Origin: Thermoanaerobaculia bacterium
GTDB taxonomy: Bacteria; Acidobacteriota; Thermoanaerobaculia; Multivoradales; JAHEKO01
Reading direction: 5' to 3'
Assembly (NCBI GenBank): GCA_947259925.1
Contig: CAMYOG010000017.1
Location: forward strand, 441-64,440
DNA length: 64,000 bases
Position numbers and translations under genes: made by a program. Below the pieces are notes generated by a model. It saw nothing but the letters and a program-made list of their open reading frames with translations. It did no database searches and had not been told where the DNA came from. Positions 40,524-50,318 of the stretch are shown here, one piece after another (the stretch's first letter is position 1; every line of letters starts with the position of its first letter).

Positions 40524-40600
40524 ATGCTGTAAAGTGAGCGATTGTTCGGTTTCTTTATCCTCGACGCGCGCCATCCCGTGCACCGATTCCCCAGGAGTTA

Positions 40601-41842
40601 TCAGGGGATCGCGGAGGTCGGGATCTCGCGGAACAGGAGGCGACTCGGTTGATCGGGCTCGAGGTCGACCCAGGCGAGGTAAGCGGAATCCGCCCGGCGA
40701 ACGAGCCGCGGGAACCCGCTCGCTCTGGCGCTCGAGGTCTCCGCGACCGTCAAGGGCTCGCCGAGAGAGCCGTCGGCGGCAAGACGAACGAGCTTGACGT
40801 CGGCTCGCTCCCCCGCCCCCGTCAGCCAGCTCACCAGCGCGCCTCCGTCACCGTCGAGCACCGTGTCGACACGCCCCAGGGCTCCCTCGTCGTCGATGAT
40901 CGCCGGCTCGCCGAAGCTCGCCCCGCCGTCGCTCGACAGCGCCGCCCGCACCTGTGCTCGATCGCCGGCGGCCGTGAACCAGGCGGTCACCGCGAGGTCG
41001 CCGTCGGCGTCGGTCTCGGGCCCGTTGACCGGGCAGCCCTCGATCGTCCAGCCGTCCTGGTGGACCGCCCGCGGCGCGCTCCAACCGGTCTCGGTGCGGC
41101 TGACGAGATAGGTATCGCGGGCCTCGGTCTCGCCCCGATCCCGGTAAACGACGTACGAACCGGACGCCGAGACCCCGGCGTCCGTCGTGCAGCACTCACA
41201 GACCCGGTCGTCGAGAAGCTCGCTCTCGCCGATCCCACCGGCTCCGACCGACGCGCTCCGCACGTTCATCGGTCCGCCCTCGGCCATCTCCCGGCCGTCC
41301 AGCCAGAAAGCGCGCAGACCCTCCGCTTCGCGCACCCAGGAGACGAAGCCGTGCTCGGTGTCGGTCTCGTCGTCGTTGAGCTTGCCGATCGCCTCCCAGC
41401 TCGCCCCACCATCGGCCGACCGGGCGAGAAAGATCGAATAGGCGTAGGTCTCCTCGGCGGTCTTGGCGAGCCAGTGCGAGTAGAGAGTGCCGTCGGCCGC
41501 GCGCGCCGCGGCGGGGACGTCCGCCCAGTTGGCGAACAAGTCCCGACCCTCGGCGACCGTGACCGGCTCGCTCCAAGCACTGTCGACGAGCTGGGCGACC
41601 CGCAATCGATGGCCGTCCGCGCGCGTCTCCCCGAGTGGCTCGAGCCAGGTGAGGATCAGGCCGACCTCGTCGGCCCATAGCTCCGGGGCGAACGCACCGT
41701 CGATCGCCGGCGGATCGGCCTGATGCACCACCGGCAGCTCGGCAACCGCCGAGTCGGTCCGCTCTGATGCGGGGTCACCGCCGTCGCAGCCTCCGGCGAC
41801 CGCCAGGAGGGCGATCAGGAGGACCCTCGCTCTCGTCTTCAT
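40601..41842 (-). CDS. BNR/Asp-box (sialidase-like beta-propeller) lipoprotein
   Basis: AVAGGC lipobox, SADGGASW and SSDGGASF Asp-boxes, VCECC, GCPVNGP. Confidence 0.82.
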   Translation of the reverse strand: MKTRARVLLIALLAVAGGCDGGDPASERTDSAVAELPVVHQADPPAIDGAFAPELWADEVGLILTWLEPLGETRADGHRLRVAQLVDSAWSEPVTVAEGRDLFANWADVPAAARAADGTLYSHWLAKTAEETYAYSIFLARSADGGASWEAIGKLNDDETDTEHGFVSWVREAEGLRAFWLDGREMAEGGPMNVRSASVGAGGIGESELLDDRVCECCTTDAGVSASGSYVVYRDRGETEARDTYLVSRTETGWSAPRAVHQDGWTIEGCPVNGPETDADGDLAVTAWFTAAGDRAQVRAALSSDGGASFGEPAIIDDEGALGRVDTVLDGDGGALVSWLTGAGERADVKLVRLAADGSLGEPLTVAETSSARASGFPRLVRRADSAYLAWVDLEPDQPSRLLFREIPTSAIP

Positions 41843-44388
41843 TCCATTCCCTTCACGATCAGCAGCTCCGAGAGACGCCGCGGGTAGCCGTAGACGTACC
41901 CGTCTCCGTTCGAGGTGACGGCGATCGGACCGATGTCGACGGCACCGGCGGTGTCGGTGGGCTCCAGCGATGTGAACCTCTCACTGGCTCCCGTGCTCAG
42001 CTCTACGCGACGAATCTCCAGCGGCATCTGACCCCACTTGTAGGTAAAGAGGAAGCGGCCGTCCGCGGACCACTGAACCGGTTGCTCGTCCAGCCCCGGA
42101 ATCGGAACCGGCTCGCCCCCGTCCAGGGGCAAGACGACCGTGCCGCCTCGGGCGAGCTGGACGGCGATCCGCTCGCCGTCGGGCGAGACCGCGACGAAGC
42201 CCCAGCGGACCTCTTCCGGGGTGATGCGCTCGACCTCACCCGTCTCCAGCTCGACCTGAAAGACGTGCGGCGCCCCCTCGGGCGTGTCCGCGTTCAGGAA
42301 AAGGCGCCTACCGTCCGGCGACCACGTGCCGAAGTTGGCTCGCGCGATACCCGTTCCGGCGAGGTCGATCGTGCGCCGTTCGCCGGGACCGGTGGGAATC
42401 AGGACCAATTCAGTTGCCTGCCACGGGAGGATCGAAAGCGCCTGCGTCCCATCGGGCGAGATCGCCACGGCGAAACCGTCCCCCAGGATGATCGGTGGCT
42501 CGCCGTCGAAGCCACGCAGGGCGACGGTGCAATCGGCAGTGAGACACTCGTTGAAGAGCACGCTCGAGCCGTCTGGAGAGATCGCGAAGGGCAGCGAATA
42601 GGAGAGCCAGCTCAGATCTCGCTCGGAATCGGCACCCGGGGCCTTGCCGGCCATCTCCCAGCGGGACGGCTCGACCGCCAGAAGAACGCGGCCGTCCGGA
42701 GCGACGTCGTGCAGGACCACACGTTGGGGGAAGGTCGCGACCAGCCGCTCGTTCCCATCGAGGTCGACCGCGACGATGCTGGCCTCGCGGGCGAACCAGA
42801 TCTCCCGCCCGTCAGGCGACCAGGCCAGGCCCTGGAGATTCCCGCTGAGCCCGAGCCGGCGCAGCGAGCCGTCGGCGTCCATGATGACGATCGGTCCGAA
42901 ATTCGTGGCGCGGTGACCGACCTCGACGAACGCGAAACGCCGGCCGTCCGGCGACGCCCGCAGATCCCAGATCATGCCTCTCGTGGCGTACCGGCGCCGG
43001 CCGGGGGGTGACTCGAGGACGGCCTCTCGATCGATGTCCCGAACCACCGCCAGCACCTCGCCCTCGGGTCCCCAGGCCGCTTCCGAGATCGACTCCTCGA
43101 GGGCACGAGGCGCTCCGGTGACCGGCATGCGCGAGAGCGTGCCCGTGCGCAGGAAGGGTCCGTCCGTCTGACGGTCACCACTGAGCAGCAGCTCGCGCTG
43201 CCGCGACACGGCCAAAAGCACGCTGTCGGGGGGACCGACGACGATCGGATCGGGAGTTCCGGGTGTCGCGAGATAGAGGCGGCTCGGCTCTCCGTCCCAG
43301 GATGCGCTGTAGATGACCGACTCGCCGTCCGGATCGAAGCGCGCCGCACTCACCGTGCCGCGGCGGTGGGTGACTCGCTCGAAGTCGAGATGCGCTGCTC
43401 GCCCGGTCCGGTCCGGGGCGAGCAGCCAGACGGCGGCGGCGGTCGCGGCGACCAGGGCCAACGTCGCGAGGGCGAACGGCAGGGCGGGCGTACGCGGCCG
43501 ATCGCTGGAATCGGCAGGCGTCGTCAGCTCCCGATGACGGTCGCGCAGGGTCGCCAGGTCGCGCGCCAGATCGGAGGTCGATGCGAAGCGCTGTTCGGGC
43601 TCCTTGGCGAGACATCGCTCGACGATCCAATGCAGCGGTGGTGGTGCCGAGGTCGTCGATCGGTCCAAGGGCTCCGGATCTTCTTTGAGGATCGCGGTCA
43701 TCGCCTCCGGCGCCGTCTCCCTTCCGAACGGGTGCCGACCGGCGAGCATCTCGTAGAGCATGATCCCCAGCGCGAATTGATCCGCATGATGATCCACGGG
43801 CCGGCCAGCCACCTGCTCCGGTGCCATACAGGCCGCCGTGCCGAGCACCGACTCGGGAGCCGTCATGGCGGTAAGCGTCGGCGACACGCTCTCGTCGGCG
43901 CCCACCCGGCCGGTGAACTTGGCCAGGCCGAAGTCGAGGATCTTCACCTGGCCGTGGCTCGAGACCATGACGTTCTCGGGCTTCAGATCGCGGTGGACGA
44001 CCCCTTCCTCGTGCGCCGCGGCGAGGCCTGCCGCGATCTGGGCGCCGTAGGAGAGGGTGTCCGCCAGTGACAGGCGCTTGGATTTCAGCTGCTCTCGCAG
44101 GGTGGTCCCGTCGAGGAACTCGCAGACCAGGTAGGGCGCGCCCTCGTGGCTCCCGATGTCGTGAATCGCCAGCAGATTGGGATGGTTGAGGCGGCCCACC
44201 GCCCGGGCCTCGCGCTCCATCCGCTGCACCCGGCTGGGGTCGTCGGCGACTTCCGGCGGCAGCACCTTGACCGCCACTTCACGGTCGAGCTGCGGGTCAC
44301 GGGCCCGATAGACCTCGCCCATGCCGCCCGCATCGATGAAGTCGAGAATCTCGAGGCGGCCGAGCTTGCTTCCGGGCTTGAGGCTCAT
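41839..44388 (-). CDS. Hanks-type Ser/Thr protein kinase with TM and TolB/PD40-like propeller repeats
   Basis: GGMGEVY, VAVK, HRDLKPEN, DFG, MAPEQ; repeated (W/I)SPDG. Confidence 0.93.
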   Translation of the reverse strand: MSLKPGSKLGRLEILDFIDAGGMGEVYRARDPQLDREVAVKVLPPEVADDPSRVQRMEREARAVGRLNHPNLLAIHDIGSHEGAPYLVCEFLDGTTLREQLKSKRLSLADTLSYGAQIAAGLAAAHEEGVVHRDLKPENVMVSSHGQVKILDFGLAKFTGRVGADESVSPTLTAMTAPESVLGTAACMAPEQVAGRPVDHHADQFALGIMLYEMLAGRHPFGRETAPEAMTAILKEDPEPLDRSTTSAPPPLHWIVERCLAKEPEQRFASTSDLARDLATLRDRHRELTTPADSSDRPRTPALPFALATLALVAATAAAVWLLAPDRTGRAAHLDFERVTHRRGTVSAARFDPDGESVIYSASWDGEPSRLYLATPGTPDPIVVGPPDSVLLAVSRQRELLLSGDRQTDGPFLRTGTLSRMPVTGAPRALEESISEAAWGPEGEVLAVVRDIDREAVLESPPGRRRYATRGMIWDLRASPDGRRFAFVEVGHRATNFGPIVIMDADGSLRRLGLSGNLQGLAWSPDGREIWFAREASIVAVDLDGNERLVATFPQRVVLHDVAPDGRVLLAVEPSRWEMAGKAPGADSERDLSWLSYSLPFAISPDGSSVLFNECLTADCTVALRGFDGEPPIILGDGFAVAISPDGTQALSILPWQATELVLIPTGPGERRTIDLAGTGIARANFGTWSPDGRRLFLNADTPEGAPHVFQVELETGEVERITPEEVRWGFVAVSPDGERIAVQLARGGTVVLPLDGGEPVPIPGLDEQPVQWSADGRFLFTYKWGQMPLEIRRVELSTGASERFTSLEPTDTAGAVDIGPIAVTSNGDGYVYGYPRRLSELLIVKGME

Positions 44389-44457
44389 CGACCTTCGAGG
44401 TCCGACTCGGTACCGAGGAGCGACGCTAGGAACCGGCTGGGCCGGAGAGGCAAGTCA

Positions 44458-45048
44458 CTACCCGGCGGTGATCACGCCACAGGCGATCCGGCCGCCCGCG
44501 GCTCCAGTCGGCTGCGACATCAGGTCGTCGGTTCCCTCGTGGAGGATGACGCCACGACCGAGGACCGAGGTCGGCTCGCCCGCGACGAGGGTGATGAGGT
44601 CGCTCGTCAGCTCGAGCGTGCCGCTGCCGTCCTCACCGATCTCGATGTTGCCGAGATCCCCCGCATGGCGCTCGGAGTCCGCCGGCCCGCCGTGCGGAAC
44701 TCCGGCCGGATTGAAGTGCCCACCCGCGGAGGTGAAGTCCTCGGCGCTGCAATCGCCCACTTCGTGAATGTGGAGGCCGCGGCTGCCCACCGGTGCGCCC
44801 TGGATCGAGGCGGTGATCGTCACCGGCCCGTCGCTCTCCATCTGCTCGAAGGCGACGCTGCCACTGACGCTGAAGCCCTCGCGCGACTGGAGGCTCGCCG
44901 AGGCAGTGAGCATCTCGTGCATCGAGTGGTCCTCTGCCATCGGCTCCGGCTCGGGTGCGGCCGCTTCTCGCGCCTCCTCACCACCGCCACAGCCGATCAG
45001 CACGGCTACTCCCAGGATCAAGATCAGACCGATTCTCTGTAGACGCAT
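44458..45048 (-). CDS. sodC: Cu/Zn superoxide dismutase (lipoprotein)
   Basis: LIGC lipobox, GLHIHEVGDC, GGHFNP, HAGDLGN, ILHEGTDD, GGRIACG. Confidence 0.93.
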   Translation of the reverse strand: MRLQRIGLILILGVAVLIGCGGGEEAREAAAPEPEPMAEDHSMHEMLTASASLQSREGFSVSGSVAFEQMESDGPVTITASIQGAPVGSRGLHIHEVGDCSAEDFTSAGGHFNPAGVPHGGPADSERHAGDLGNIEIGEDGSGTLELTSDLITLVAGEPTSVLGRGVILHEGTDDLMSQPTGAAGGRIACGVITAG

Positions 45049-45122
45049 CGCAAGCCTCCTAGTGCGCTTGACGTTCCTTGGCAAAGAGCGCCAAGTCTAT
45101 ACCGGCGGACCGTTGCGCGACC

Positions 45123-45830
45123 CTACTCGTCACCGACCAGGCCCACCAGCGTCATTCGCAGCCGTCCGAGCGCCTGATGGAAGACGATCTCGACCGGCAC
45201 CGCCGCCTCGTCGTCGGTGAGCCAGAGCTCGGCCCGCGCCTTCCAGTAGTTCTGCCCGGGCTCCTTGATGCCGCGGATCGCCAGATGCCGCACCGTCACC
45301 CCGGCGCCGTTGACCTCGCGGCGCTCGCGAGTCCCGGCAGTCGAGACCGCTACCGGGTAGACCTTGCGATTGGACCAGATCAGGTGGCGGCCGCTGCCGT
45401 CGTTCGGAAGATAGCGCAGCCGTTGCAGCCCCGACAGGACGTCGATGACCTCGAGATCCGTGAGCTCGACCGTCTTGGTCTTGTGCTTCTTCTTGTAGTG
45501 GAGCGTCTCGGTCACCCGGAGCGAGCGCCAGGCTCCAGGATCGACCTCGGTCTCGTATTTCCAGTACTCGTCCGGAGCGGCCTTCTCCGAAGTGCCGGTG
45601 AACGCGACCTCGAGGCGATCGCTCGATACGAGATCGAGCGCGATCACCGCATCGCCGGTGGTCGGCAGGCGGGTCAGGAGCCGGGCGAGGACGCTGCTGA
45701 GCCCTTCGAGCCGCCAGCGGTAGTGAAGCTCTTGCGAGCGCAGCCCCGGCGGAAGCTCCTGCGCCAGACCGATCGAGCCACCCATCGACACCATCACCAG
45801 AAGCGATCCCACCAGGAATCGCCGCAACAC
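45123..45830 (-). CDS. Secreted DUF3108-like protein (start uncertain)
   Basis: Signal-like N-terminus from GTG 45830; IDVLSGL...LWLTDDEAAVPVEI pattern. Confidence 0.6.
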   Translation of the reverse strand: MLRRFLVGSLLVMVSMGGSIGLAQELPPGLRSQELHYRWRLEGLSSVLARLLTRLPTTGDAVIALDLVSSDRLEVAFTGTSEKAAPDEYWKYETEVDPGAWRSLRVTETLHYKKKHKTKTVELTDLEVIDVLSGLQRLRYLPNDGSGRHLIWSNRKVYPVAVSTAGTRERREVNGAGVTVRHLAIRGIKEPGQNYWKARAELWLTDDEAAVPVEIVFHQALGRLRMTLVGLVGDE

Positions 45831-45834
45831 CCTC

Positions 45835-45969
45835 GAGATCCGGTGACAGGATAGGTATCTCCCGTCCTGCCCGCCCGGCCGAGAAAGTGGAGATCGGTAT
45901 CCTGTCACCGTATCTCCCTGCATCTCCCGGTCACTACGTCTCGAGATCGGTATCCTGTCACCGGATCTC
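45835..45969. repeat. REP-like cluster: three GAGAT..GGTGACAGGATA..ATCTC copies
   Basis: Copies at 45835-45861 and inverted at 45890-45916 and 45943-45969; same motif as 12375-12509. Confidence 0.88.
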
Positions 45970-46026
45970 GTTTTTTCTGCTGCTAGACTCCCGACTCTCC
46001 CAGGCAGGTCCGGTTCGGAGGCTCTC

Positions 46027-48681
46027 ATGCTCAGGCAGGTTTCGATATCGATCCTTCCACTCTTGCTCTGCGTCGGCGCGCTCTCGGCACAGCCGCCGAC
46101 GCCGGAGGAGTTCCTCGGCCACCGGGTGGGCGCCGACCGCAAGCTCGCACCCTACACCCGGGTGCTCGAGTACCTGCGGGTGGTCGCCGAGGCGTCCGAC
46201 CGGGTATCGATCGAGCCCGCCGGCACCTCGACCCTGGGCAACGAGATCGTGACCGTCGTCCTGACCTCGGCTACCAACCAGGAGAACCTCGACCGCTACC
46301 GGGAGATCTCGCGGCTCCTGGCCAATCCCGATCGACTGACCGACGGCGAGGCGCGTGACCTTCTCGACGAGGGCAAGACGATCGCCCTCGTCACCTGCAC
46401 GATCCATTCGACAGAGGTCGGCGCGACCCAGATGGCGATGGAGTTCGTGCACGACTTCGCCACCACCGAGGATCCCGATCGCCTCGCCTGGATGGAGGAC
46501 GTGATCCTGCTCCTCATGCCGTCGATCAACCCCGACGGCCAGGTGATGATCGTCGACTGGTACAACAAGCAGCTCGGCACAGACTTCGAGGGTGGGCGGA
46601 TGCCGTGGCTCTACCACCACTACATCGGCCACGACAACAACCGCGACTTCTACATGCTCACCCAGAAGGAGACCCGGGCGGTCAACGACCTCCTCTACCA
46701 CCGCTGGTTTCCGCAGGTGTTCGTCGACGAGCACCAGATGGGCTCGACCGGCGCGCGCATGTTCGTGCCGCCGCAGACCGATCCGCTGGCGCCCGAGGTG
46801 CACTCGCTGATCTTCCGCCAAGCCGATCTGATCGGCACGATCATGTCGTTCCGGCTCGAGGAGGCGGGCAAGACCGGCGTCGGCCACAACATGATCTTCG
46901 ACAGCTACTGGCCCGGCGGCACCCGCAACACCGCCTGGTGGAAGAACGTCACCGGCCTCTTGACCGAGGTGGCGAGCGCGCGGCTGGCGACCCCGATCTA
47001 CGTCGACCCGGGCGAGCTGCGCGGCGGCCGCAAGGGCCTCCCCGAGTACAAGCGCCGCGCCAACTTCCCCTCGCCCTGGCCGGGCGGCTGGTGGCGGCTG
47101 CGCGACATCGTCGAGTACGAGCTGATCGCCACCTGGGCGATCGTCGAGTCGGGATCGCTCTATCAGCGCGAGATTCTCAAGAACTTCCTGCGCATGAACC
47201 GTGAGGCGATCGCCGTCGGCTCCGAGGAGTCGCCCTCGGGCTGGATCGTCTCGCCCGATCAGCACGATCCGGTAGCGGCCGCCACGCTGGTCGAGCTCCT
47301 CTTGCGGCATGGCGTGCGGATCGTCCGCACCGACGAGGAAGTGACCCTGGGCCGGACCACCTATCCGCCGGGCACCCACATCATTCCAGCCGCCCAGCCC
47401 TACCGGGCGTTTCTCCTGACCATGCTGCGCCCGCAGCGCTACCCGGAAGTTCGCGCCTACACCGACGGGCCGATCCTGCCGCCCTACGACGTCACCGCCT
47501 GGTCGCTGCCAATCCTGATGGGGGTCGAGGTCGAAGAGACCGACAAGCCGCTGCCCGAGGCGGTGACCCGGATCGACGCCCCGACCTGGCCCGGAGGTCT
47601 GACCTCGACGGCGGGGTTAGCTTCGCCTTCCGGCTCGCTGGCGAGTCCTACTGATTCGAACGGAGCGCTGCAAGGGGAGGGCTCTCCCCTTGCTCCGAAG
47701 GCGTATCTGATCTCCCATGCTGCCGACACCGCCTACACCGCCATGAACCGGCTGCTCGCCCGGGGTCACGAGGTCCGCTGGCTGACCGAGGCGGTCGAGG
47801 GCGGCGCCGTCGGCGACATCTACGTACCGGCCGATCGGCTGAGCGTCGAGGAGATGAGCGCGCTCTCGACCGAGCTCCATCTGCCGATCCGTGCCCTCGA
47901 GGCCGCACCCGAGGTCGGGAGCCTCGTGGCCCGAGCCGCCAACGTCGGACTCTTCAAGCCGTGGGTCGCCAGCATGGACGAGGGCTGGACCCGATTCCTG
48001 CTCGAGCGGTACGAGTTCCCGCACGAGAACCTGCACAACGAAGATGTGCGGGACGGCTCCTTCAAGGGGATCGACGTCCTCCTCCTGCCCGACGTGGCCA
48101 AGACGATCATCGAGAGCGGCGAGCCGGGGCCGAACCGGCGACGGTTCTTCAGCCCGTTGCCACCCGAATACGCCGGAGGCATCGGCCTCGAAGGGGGTGA
48201 AGCGATCAGGGAGTGGGTCGAAGAGGGCGGCACCGTGGTGGCGCTCGACAGCTCGACCGAGTACCTGATCGATCTCTTCCAGCTGCCGGTGACCAACGTC
48301 CTGAACGGCGAGGACAAGAACGACTTCGACTGCCCGGGCTCGATGTTGAGGCTCTTGATCGACACCGATCACCCGCTCGGCTACGGCCTGCGCCCGGAAG
48401 AAGCCGGCTACTTCGCGACCTCGCCCGCGTTCCGGACCTCCCTACCCGACGCGCGCTTCGATCGCCGGGTCGTCGCCCGCTACCCGGACCACCGGGACGA
48501 CATTCTGGTCAGCGGCTATCTCAAAGGCGGCGAGAAGCTGGAGCGCCGCGCGGCGGTCGTCGAGTTCGAGGTCGGCAAGGGCAAGCTGATCCTGATCGGC
48601 TTCCGGGCGCAACACCGGGCGCAGCCGCACCGGACGTTCAAGCTGCTGTTCAACGCGTTGTACGAGCTCGCGGCCTCGTAG
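46027..48681 (+). CDS. Secreted M14-family zinc carboxypeptidase with C-terminal glutamine-amidotransferase-like domain
   Basis: Signal peptide, IHSTE, NPDG, DNNRD, DEHQMG, SMDEGWTR. Confidence 0.92.
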   Translation: MLRQVSISILPLLLCVGALSAQPPTPEEFLGHRVGADRKLAPYTRVLEYLRVVAEASDRVSIEPAGTSTLGNEIVTVVLTSATNQENLDRYREISRLLANPDRLTDGEARDLLDEGKTIALVTCTIHSTEVGATQMAMEFVHDFATTEDPDRLAWMEDVILLLMPSINPDGQVMIVDWYNKQLGTDFEGGRMPWLYHHYIGHDNNRDFYMLTQKETRAVNDLLYHRWFPQVFVDEHQMGSTGARMFVPPQTDPLAPEVHSLIFRQADLIGTIMSFRLEEAGKTGVGHNMIFDSYWPGGTRNTAWWKNVTGLLTEVASARLATPIYVDPGELRGGRKGLPEYKRRANFPSPWPGGWWRLRDIVEYELIATWAIVESGSLYQREILKNFLRMNREAIAVGSEESPSGWIVSPDQHDPVAAATLVELLLRHGVRIVRTDEEVTLGRTTYPPGTHIIPAAQPYRAFLLTMLRPQRYPEVRAYTDGPILPPYDVTAWSLPILMGVEVEETDKPLPEAVTRIDAPTWPGGLTSTAGLASPSGSLASPTDSNGALQGEGSPLAPKAYLISHAADTAYTAMNRLLARGHEVRWLTEAVEGGAVGDIYVPADRLSVEEMSALSTELHLPIRALEAAPEVGSLVARAANVGLFKPWVASMDEGWTRFLLERYEFPHENLHNEDVRDGSFKGIDVLLLPDVAKTIIESGEPGPNRRRFFSPLPPEYAGGIGLEGGEAIREWVEEGGTVVALDSSTEYLIDLFQLPVTNVLNGEDKNDFDCPGSMLRLLIDTDHPLGYGLRPEEAGYFATSPAFRTSLPDARFDRRVVARYPDHRDDILVSGYLKGGEKLERRAAVVEFEVGKGKLILIGFRAQHRAQPHRTFKLLFNALYELAAS
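47613..47696. repeat. 84-bp in-frame repeat element within the M14 peptidase gene
   Basis: GGGGTTAGCTTCGCCTTCCGGCTCGCTG...AAGGGGAGGGCTCTCCCCTTGCTCC, homologous to 36137-36220. Confidence 0.88.
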
Positions 48682-48691
48682 TCCGAGCGAA

Positions 48692-48805
48692 CTACCCGCC
48701 TGTACCCCCAAACGGATCCCGGCTCGACAACCCGCTGAACCGCGCGAAGTCCCGGTCCAACGTCAGGAGCTCGCGCACGCCGTGCTCGATGCAGAGCGCC
48801 GCGAT
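48692..48805 (-). pseudogene. C-terminal remnant of a PIN/VapC toxin
   Basis: IAALCIEHGVRELLTLDRDFARFSGL..RDP; N-terminal PIN motifs absent. Confidence 0.72.
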
Positions 48806-49120
48806 GGGCATGGCAATCCTGCTTGGGTTTCTGCGATCCGAATAGCGCGAGCTGTCCGCTCGGCGTGATCGAGGGCCCTCGGCGCTACCGGCTCTGATCG
48901 GGGACGCCTTCCTGTACACGGTGTCCGTCGAAGCGCGAGCGAAGTGAGGTCAGAAACCGGTCGGGCGTCGCGCCCCCCGCCTCTCCAGGTGGCGCGTCCG
49001 CCGGGGCGCCGGGTGTAGACAGGAGGGTGGTCGATCGCGGCACGCGGCTGGTGGCCACGATGCCAGACCCGTGAACGTCGGCTCGCCCCGCCGCCAGCGA
49101 CGACCGAGGAGGTGCTGCCC

Positions 49121-49951
49121 ATGATCGAGCTTCCGGAGGCCTTTGTCCTCTCGAGCCAGATCGCGGCGAAGCTGACCGGCAAGGAGGTCGATGACGTAAC
49201 GGTCCTCCAGTCACCGCACAAGTTCGCCTGGTTTCACGGCGAGCCGGAGGAGTACCCGGAACGGCTGCGCAGAAAGAGAGTCACCGGCGCGGAGGCCCAC
49301 GGCGGCATGGTGCAGATCCGTCTGGGAGAGACCTCGCTCGTCTTCCAGGACGGCCCCAGCCTGCGCTACGCGACCGAGCCTGGCTCCCTGCCCAAGAAGC
49401 ATCAGCTCCTGCTGGAGTTCACCGACGCCTCGCTTCTGTGCGTGAGCATTCGCATGTACGGCGGCATCGCCTGCTTCGAGGGGACGGATTGGGACAACGA
49501 CTACTACCGTCCGGCCCGAGAGAAGCCCTCGCCGCTCGGCGAGGAGTTCACGCGTGGTTACTTCGAGACCCTTTGCGACCTACCCGACTTCGACAAGCTG
49601 AGCGCCAAGGCGTTTCTGGCCACCAAGCAGCGGGTCCCCGGCCTCGGCAACGGCGTCCTGCAGGACATCCTGTTCAACGCGGAGGTCCACCCGAAGCGCA
49701 AGATGGGCACTCTCTCCTTGGCTGGATTGGACCGACTCTTCTCCGCTACCAGAAGCACGCTGCGGGCGATGGCCGACGGCGGCGGCAGGGACACCGAGCC
49801 GGATCTCTTCGGCGAGCCGGGCGGCTACGCGACGATTCTCAGCCGGAAGACCGTCGGTACCCCTTGCCCTCGATGCGCGGCCGAGATCGAGAAGGCGGCC
49901 TACGCCGGCGGAAGCATCTACTTCTGCGCCGCGTGTCAGTCCGTCGGGTGA
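49121..49951 (+). CDS. Fpg/Nei-family DNA glycosylase-like protein
   Basis: MIELPE start after GGAGG, H2TH PGLGNG..QDILF, zinc finger CPRC...CAACQ. Confidence 0.88.
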   Translation: MIELPEAFVLSSQIAAKLTGKEVDDVTVLQSPHKFAWFHGEPEEYPERLRRKRVTGAEAHGGMVQIRLGETSLVFQDGPSLRYATEPGSLPKKHQLLLEFTDASLLCVSIRMYGGIACFEGTDWDNDYYRPAREKPSPLGEEFTRGYFETLCDLPDFDKLSAKAFLATKQRVPGLGNGVLQDILFNAEVHPKRKMGTLSLAGLDRLFSATRSTLRAMADGGGRDTEPDLFGEPGGYATILSRKTVGTPCPRCAAEIEKAAYAGGSIYFCAACQSVG

Positions 49952-49964
49952 CGCGGCGCCGGAG

Positions 49965-50318
49965 TCAGGGTCGGTCAGACGAGTCCTGGTCGAGCTCGCG
50001 GCTCTGGGAGATCAGTTCCTGAACCCGCTCGGCCAGCCGCCGGTTCGCGGACTTGTTCAAGACCACGAACCAGCCCCAGAGATTGAGCCGATAGGCACCG
50101 AGCCAGAGCGTCCCGCCCGCGTGGAGCACCCTGACGAAGTGCCCGAGCTGCGAGAAGACCAGCTCGCCTTCCCGAATCGCGGCCAGCGGGATCTGCACCG
50201 AGCTCTCGCCGACGATCGTCAATGAGTCCCGGTGCAGAGACAGGCGGCCCGAGAGAGCCTTGTCCTTGAGCCTGAGCTCCTCCGCCTCCAGGTAGATGAC
50301 CTTCAGCGAGTCGATCAC
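49965..50318 (-). CDS. Hypothetical protein
   Basis: GTG overlaps the pepF stop; plausible globular composition. Confidence 0.55.
   Translation of the reverse strand: MIDSLKVIYLEAEELRLKDKALSGRLSLHRDSLTIVGESSVQIPLAAIREGELVFSQLGHFVRVLHAGGTLWLGAYRLNLWGWFVVLNKSANRRLAERVQELISQSRELDQDSSDRP

Noticed and set aside
43800..44388. Possible pseudokinase (IDAGGMG G-loop, GTAACMAPEQ)
   Set aside because: VAVK, HRDLKPEN and DFG are intact; the two substitutions are insufficient to call it inactive.
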